Assembly: GCA_003516025.1 (NCBI GenBank)
Contig: CP023991.1
Span: 871,374 to 903,373, forward strand
DNA from: Candidatus Saccharimonadota bacterium
Lineage (GTDB): Bacteria; Patescibacteriota; Saccharimonadia; Saccharimonadales; UBA4665
Direction of reading: 5' to 3'
Length of the DNA stretch: 32,000 nucleotides
The position numbers and the translations under genes are program-made. Positions within the stretch are counted from its first letter, which is position 1. Every line of letters begins with the position of its first letter. The notes under the pieces are model-generated. The model saw nothing but the letters and a program-made list of their open reading frames with translations, had not been told where the DNA came from and did no database searches. Positions 28,271 through 32,000 of this stretch are shown piece by piece.

Positions 28271-29824
28271 ATGAGCCTCATGAGCAGCCGGGTACAAAGT
28301 TTGATTAGTAATGGCAGCGGCGGCATAGTCGTCGATATTGAATGTAGTTTGTCCAACAACTTACCCAACATCGTCATAGTCGGCTATGGCAACCGCGCCA
28401 TTGAAGAAGCCAAAGAACGTGTGCGTGGCGCTTTTGCCAGTAGCGGCCTTCGTTTGCCACGTAAACGTATCACCATTAATCTCGCCCCCGCCGACGTACC
28501 GAAAGACAGCAGCAGCTTTGATGTCGGCGTAGCGGCCGCCATCATACTGGCGGGCGGACCCTCAGCACGTGGACTCGCTTCTCATGAAGCGGTTATGGGA
28601 GAACTGGGTCTTGATGGCTCAGTCAGGCCGGTCAGGGGTATCATCGGAAAGATACAGGCAGGCCGCGCCCACGGTATCACTACTTTTTATATCCCGGCGG
28701 CTAACGTCAGCCAGGCTCAGCTCGTACCGGGCGTAGCTCTCGTACCCCTTAACAGCCTCGTCGAACTGGCCGCCCATTTAAGCGGCGGCGGCAATCTGCC
28801 TTCTGTGATTACCGACCCCTCGGCGGTTACCACTCGAAAGCGGACAGACTTAGACGGTTGCCTCAATGAAATTACCGGACAAGCCCTGGCGAAGCGGGCA
28901 CTAGAAATAGCCGCCGCTGGCGGCCATAACATATTACTCAACGGCCCGCCGGGAACCGGTAAGAGCATGCTGGCCCGCGCCCTCCCCTCCCTGTTACCAC
29001 CGTTGACGTCCGAAGAAATGCTTGAAGTTACGCAGTTACACAGTCTGGCCGGGCAGTCGTATCAGCAAGTTGTAACCGCTCCGCCATTCCGCGCGCCGCA
29101 TCACAGCGCCAGCACTGCTGCCATAATCGGGGGCGGTACGAGTCTACGACCTGGCGAAATCAGTTTAGCGCATCGGGGCGTGCTGTTTTTCGATGAATTT
29201 CCCGAGTTCAACAGGCCAACGCTCGAAGCACTGCGTCAACCCTTGGAGGATCAGGCCATTTCCTTGTCGCGGGCCCGGGACAGCGTCCGATTTCCGGCCA
29301 GTTTTATATTACTCGCGACAGCTAACCCCTGCCCCTGTGGCTACTACGGTACAGGAAAGCCGTGCGACTGCCCGCCGCACGCTATTCGGCGTTACAGAGC
29401 TAAACTTTCCGGACCGATTATCGACCGCATAGACCTCTTCTGTGACGTCCATGAAGTCGATCACGGCTCACTACTCGAAAACGCTTATGATAAAGCCTCA
29501 GACGGGCCCGTACGGGCCCGTGTTGTCGCCGCCAGGGATCTACAGGCCCAGCGCTACGGCAGTGCGGGCGCTCAAACGCTACTCAATGCCACGGTAAGCA
29601 ACCGTGATATCCGGATGTACGCCCAGGTAGACGAGGCCGCCAAGCAGTTGCTTAATAGCGCTGCCGGCAGTTTGAATATTTCAGCGCGGGCCTACATGCG
29701 CACCGTCAAAGTTGCCCGCACCATAGCCGATCTGGCCGGTAGTAGGGCCATTGAACCCCGCCATGTTAGCGAAGCGCTGCAATACCGGTCACGTTCCTCC
29801 CCGGCCACGGGGCAGCTGACTTGA
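28271..29824 (+). CDS. comM: ComM/YifB-family Mg-chelatase-like AAA+ ATPase (competence-associated helicase family)
   Basis: It has the N-terminal Lon-like domain (ITINLAPADVPKDSSSFDVGVAAAII), Walker A GPPGTGKSM, Walker B VLFFDEFPEF, the CPCGYYGTGKPCDCPP cluster and a C-terminal SARAYMRTVKVARTIADL. The start is set at MSLMSSR by alignment to my recollection of E. coli YifB (MSLSIVHTRA); 28241 and 28280 are alternatives, and no SD is evident. Confidence 0.85.
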   Translation: MSLMSSRVQSLISNGSGGIVVDIECSLSNNLPNIVIVGYGNRAIEEAKERVRGAFASSGLRLPRKRITINLAPADVPKDSSSFDVGVAAAIILAGGPSARGLASHEAVMGELGLDGSVRPVRGIIGKIQAGRAHGITTFYIPAANVSQAQLVPGVALVPLNSLVELAAHLSGGGNLPSVITDPSAVTTRKRTDLDGCLNEITGQALAKRALEIAAAGGHNILLNGPPGTGKSMLARALPSLLPPLTSEEMLEVTQLHSLAGQSYQQVVTAPPFRAPHHSASTAAIIGGGTSLRPGEISLAHRGVLFFDEFPEFNRPTLEALRQPLEDQAISLSRARDSVRFPASFILLATANPCPCGYYGTGKPCDCPPHAIRRYRAKLSGPIIDRIDLFCDVHEVDHGSLLENAYDKASDGPVRARVVAARDLQAQRYGSAGAQTLLNATVSNRDIRMYAQVDEAAKQLLNSAAGSLNISARAYMRTVKVARTIADLAGSRAIEPRHVSEALQYRSRSSPATGQLT

Positions 29825-29893
29825 CCGTTGACCCCTGTAGCCATATCTGTTACAATAAATTGCATTCATTAACACCTTAAAGGAGATGATTTT

Positions 29894-30469
29894 ATCAGCA
29901 AAACAACCCGCCTGAACGGTGAGATTCGGGCACCTCGTATGCGTGTGATAGACGAAGACGGCTCACAGCTTGGCATCCTATCGAAAAGCGAAGCCCTACG
30001 AATGGCAGAAGACCAGGGACTGGATTTAGTGGAGATATCCCCTGACGCAGATCCACCGGTCGCTAAAATCGTGGATTGGGGCAAGTTCAACTACCAGCGT
30101 ACCAAGCAGGCTCAGAAGAACAAGAAAAGCGCCAAGACCCTCGAAATGAAGCAAATGCGTTTCGGTCTCAAAATCAGCGACCACGACCTCGGAGTTAAGA
30201 TGGGTAAAGTGCGCGGCTTTCTCGAAGCCGGTCACAAGGTAAAGATTACCGCCTTCTTCCGCGGACGCGAGCTCGCCCACAAGGATTTAGGGTTCAAAAT
30301 TGCTGAAAAAGTCATTGCTAACTTCGGTGACATGGTCGTTGTCGACCAGGCACCACAGTTAGCCGGCAAGCAGCTGAGTTTCGTAGTCAGGATCAATCCT
30401 TCCTACAAGCCGGCAGCTAAAGAGACCTCGAAGGCGGACGAATCGGCCAATATCGCTCATAGCGTATAG
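29894..30469 (+). CDS. infC: Translation initiation factor IF-3, non-AUG (AUC) start
   Basis: The conserved N-terminus RLNGEIRAPRMRVIDEDGSQLGI begins upstream of the first ATG (29939). An in-frame stop lies at 29870. ATC 29894 sits 8 nt after SD AAAGGAG (29879-29885), and no in-frame ATG/GTG/TTG is available. Confidence 0.85.
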   Translation: MSKTTRLNGEIRAPRMRVIDEDGSQLGILSKSEALRMAEDQGLDLVEISPDADPPVAKIVDWGKFNYQRTKQAQKNKKSAKTLEMKQMRFGLKISDHDLGVKMGKVRGFLEAGHKVKITAFFRGRELAHKDLGFKIAEKVIANFGDMVVVDQAPQLAGKQLSFVVRINPSYKPAAKETSKADESANIAHSV

Positions 30470-30537
30470 GCCAGCATTATTAACCAGAACGGAAGGTACG
30501 GCACTTAACCCACCGTTTCTACAAAGGAGAATTAATC

Positions 30538-30735
30538 ATGCCAAAGTTGAAGACCCACAGCGGCACCAAGGATCGGGTTAAAATCTCGAAAAACGGCAAA
30601 GTCCGTGTTGGTAGCCCTAACCGCAACCACTTTATGTCAAAGAAGAGTGGCGCTCGTAAGCGTAAACTCGCCGGTTTACACACCCTTCTCGGGGCTAACC
30701 GTAAAATTCTTAAGCAGAAGTTGGGAGCTAAATAA
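30538..30735 (+). CDS. rpmI: 50S ribosomal protein L35
   Basis: [22 protein letters not shown]... is a typical L35 sequence. SD AAGGAG lies upstream. Confidence 0.95.
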   Translation: MPKLKTHSGTKDRVKISKNGKVRVGSPNRNHFMSKKSGARKRKLAGLHTLLGANRKILKQKLGAK

Positions 30736-31079
30736 TGCGCGTCAAACGAGGTGTTGCTAGCCACGCTAAGCACAATAAAATCCGCCAGGCTACTAAGGGT
30801 TTCACCCATTCTAACCGCGTATCAGTTAAGCGCGGCAAGCAGGCTGTCACTAAAAGCCTGCAGTTCGCCTACCGCGACCGCCGTAACAAGAAGCGTACTT
30901 TCCGCGCACTGTGGAATGCCCGCATCAACGCGGCTGCCCGCTTGAACGGCACAACCTACAGCGTTCTGATAAATAACTTGAAGACCGCTGGCATCACTTT
31001 GGACCGTAAAGTGTTGGCTGAGATGGCCGTAAACGAGCCTGAAGCCTTCGCAAACGTTGTCAAAGCTGCTACTAAATAG
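30735..31079 (+). CDS. rplT: 50S ribosomal protein L20
   Basis: [16 protein letters not shown]...[22 protein letters not shown] is a typical L20 sequence. The start overlaps the rpmI stop (TAATG). Confidence 0.95.
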   Translation: MRVKRGVASHAKHNKIRQATKGFTHSNRVSVKRGKQAVTKSLQFAYRDRRNKKRTFRALWNARINAAARLNGTTYSVLINNLKTAGITLDRKVLAEMAVNEPEAFANVVKAATK

Positions 31080-31109
31080 GTATTTCCTCCCTGTTATATA
31101 CAGGTTGAA

Positions 31110-31150
31110 CAAAAAAATAACCTCCAACGAATGTTGGAGGTTATTTTTTA
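31110..31150. terminator. Bidirectional rho-independent terminator between rplT and the convergent 153-aa gene
   Basis: A7-ATAACCTCCAAC-GAAT-GTTGGAGGTTAT-T6 forms a 12-bp stem. Confidence 0.85.
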
Positions 31151-31165
31151 TAAAACCATGCCCTT

Positions 31166-31627
31166 TTAATCGTTTAAGTGCATACCCAGCATGGCTTGGT
31201 TACCCATTTGCTCCCTAATATAAGCCATCTGTGTTCCAGAAAACCCGTCATAAGCTTCAATAATTCCACCCTGTACGTCATACGATCCTACCAATGCGCT
31301 CGTGGTGCGATACATAGCTCCGCTAAGCGGATTAATCTTACTGAGAGCCAGTTCATAATGTAACGAGTGGCTGCTTTCAGGCTGCCCCAATAAAACGACA
31401 GCTAACGGCAAAGGGCGGTCTAATTCAGCAAGAAATTCTTGGCGTTCCTGTTTGTCTTCAAAATCTTCAGGGAACAGCTCCATAAGACTTATATTTTTCG
31501 CTCTCCAGCTATCAATAATGCCTAATTGCTCTTGTGATCGGTGGGCCTCTAAAAAGAATCGTATCGTCTTATCCGAACCCCAAAGAACAGGCGTAACTTC
31601 AGGATGATAGTAACGAGGATTTTCCAT
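31166..31627 (-). CDS. Hypothetical protein, 153 aa
   Basis: An intact ORF that looks more AT-rich than the core genes. An extended -10 (TGATATAAA) lies 11 nt upstream of the ATG and there is no SD. I recognise no motif. Confidence 0.55.
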   Translation of the reverse strand: MENPRYYHPEVTPVLWGSDKTIRFFLEAHRSQEQLGIIDSWRAKNISLMELFPEDFEDKQERQEFLAELDRPLPLAVVLLGQPESSHSLHYELALSKINPLSGAMYRTTSALVGSYDVQGGIIEAYDGFSGTQMAYIREQMGNQAMLGMHLND

Positions 31628-31665
31628 ATATGTAGGTATTTATATCATTTTTCATTACTAAAAGC

Positions 31666-31692
31666 AAAAACCTTTGCATTGCAAAGGTTTTG
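31666..31692 (-). terminator. Terminator after RNase P RNA
   Basis: On the minus strand AAAACCTTTGC-A-GCAAAGGTTTT forms a palindromic hairpin followed by TGCTTTT. Confidence 0.65.
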
Positions 31693-31696
31693 ACTG

Positions 31697-32000
31697 GCCA
31701 GATTATCTATAAGCCGGGTTTTGTCGCCTGCCCGATATCATGCGCTCAGCCAGCAAGCTGACATGGACGAACGATCATTTGCAGGCGTCTGATCATCTCT
31801 CTAGGCCTGTGGTTGCCCGCAGGCTCAAGCGGTTCTTGTGATGAACACTTGCCGGGAAGCTTCAAGCTTTAGACTTGTAAGCGTCCATCTCCTTGCAGCA
31901 GGCAGGGTTTACCATCTTCCGTAGTCACCTACGGCCAATGCGGGCTCTTACCCCGCTCGTTTCACCTTTGCCGCGCCAGCAGCCGAAGCAAATAACGCGG
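31697..32000 (-). ncRNA. rnpB: RNase P RNA (bacterial type A), 3' ~300 nt; the 5' part lies beyond the window end
   Basis: The reverse complement contains AAGGTGAAACGAGCGGGGTAAGAGCCCGC (compare GGGUGAAA..GCGGUAAGAGCGC) and GCTTGAGCC...GGCCTAGAGAGATGA. It also contains the P4 3' strand GACAAAACCCGGCTTAT (compare ACAGAACCCGGCUUA). The 5' GAGGAAAGUCC block is not in the window. Confidence 0.85.

Noticed and set aside
31725-31787. An extra ~55-nt hairpin (CGCCTGC...GCAGGCG on the minus strand) in RNase P RNA between the GGCCTAGAGAGATGA block and the P4 3' strand, relative to my memory of E. coli M1 RNA.
   Set aside because: I cannot place it on the type-A secondary-structure model from memory, and the gene is truncated by the window. 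It needs Rfam/RNase P database alignment before any claim.

Overview
This 32-kb chromosomal segment most likely comes from a Saccharibacteria (TM7; CPR/Patescibacteria) genome. The 16S gene contains what I recall as the TM7-specific probe targets and has U at E. coli position 912. The genetic code is standard, genes are about 50% GC and spacers are AT-rich. Left to right the window holds: priA (5' end outside the window)-def-fmt; a small helical protein with a Q/P-rich tail; infB; rpsA; a ROK-family kinase; an HExxH + Zn-ribbon protein; an orphan 226-aa protein; two tandem KGG/YciG-like stress-protein paralogs; and an orphan 228-aa protein. The rRNA locus follows on the minus strand: 16S - tRNA-Ile(GAU) - tRNA-Ala(UGC) - HIT-family CDS - 23S - 5S. 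After it come an orphan 222-aa protein; gyrA; gyrB; a three-gene membrane module ending in a 1033-aa TraD/HerA/FtsK-type ATPase; a ~0.95-kb gene-free regulatory hub; comM/yifB; infC (AUC start)-rpmI-rplT; an orphan 153-aa protein; and the 3' part of RNase P RNA (cut by the window end). Four things deserve follow-up. (1) The stand-alone membrane ATPase module has no other secretion or conjugation genes nearby. It is preceded by a ~340-nt promoter-to-terminator leader or ncRNA carrying a boxA-like core. (2) The same hub holds a perfect E. coli-type boxA outside any rRNA leader, plus a ~160-nt promoter/terminator-bounded A/C-rich sRNA candidate upstream of comM. (3) The rRNA locus appears cut into separate transcription units by intrinsic terminators and internal promoters, with a HIT-family gene inside the 16S-23S spacer. 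(4) The 23S carries two ORF-less ~150-180-nt insertions and the 16S an enlarged helix-6 region. No CRISPR array, transposase, integrase or prophage gene was seen. All calls come from reading the sequence and from remembered motifs; no database search was run.
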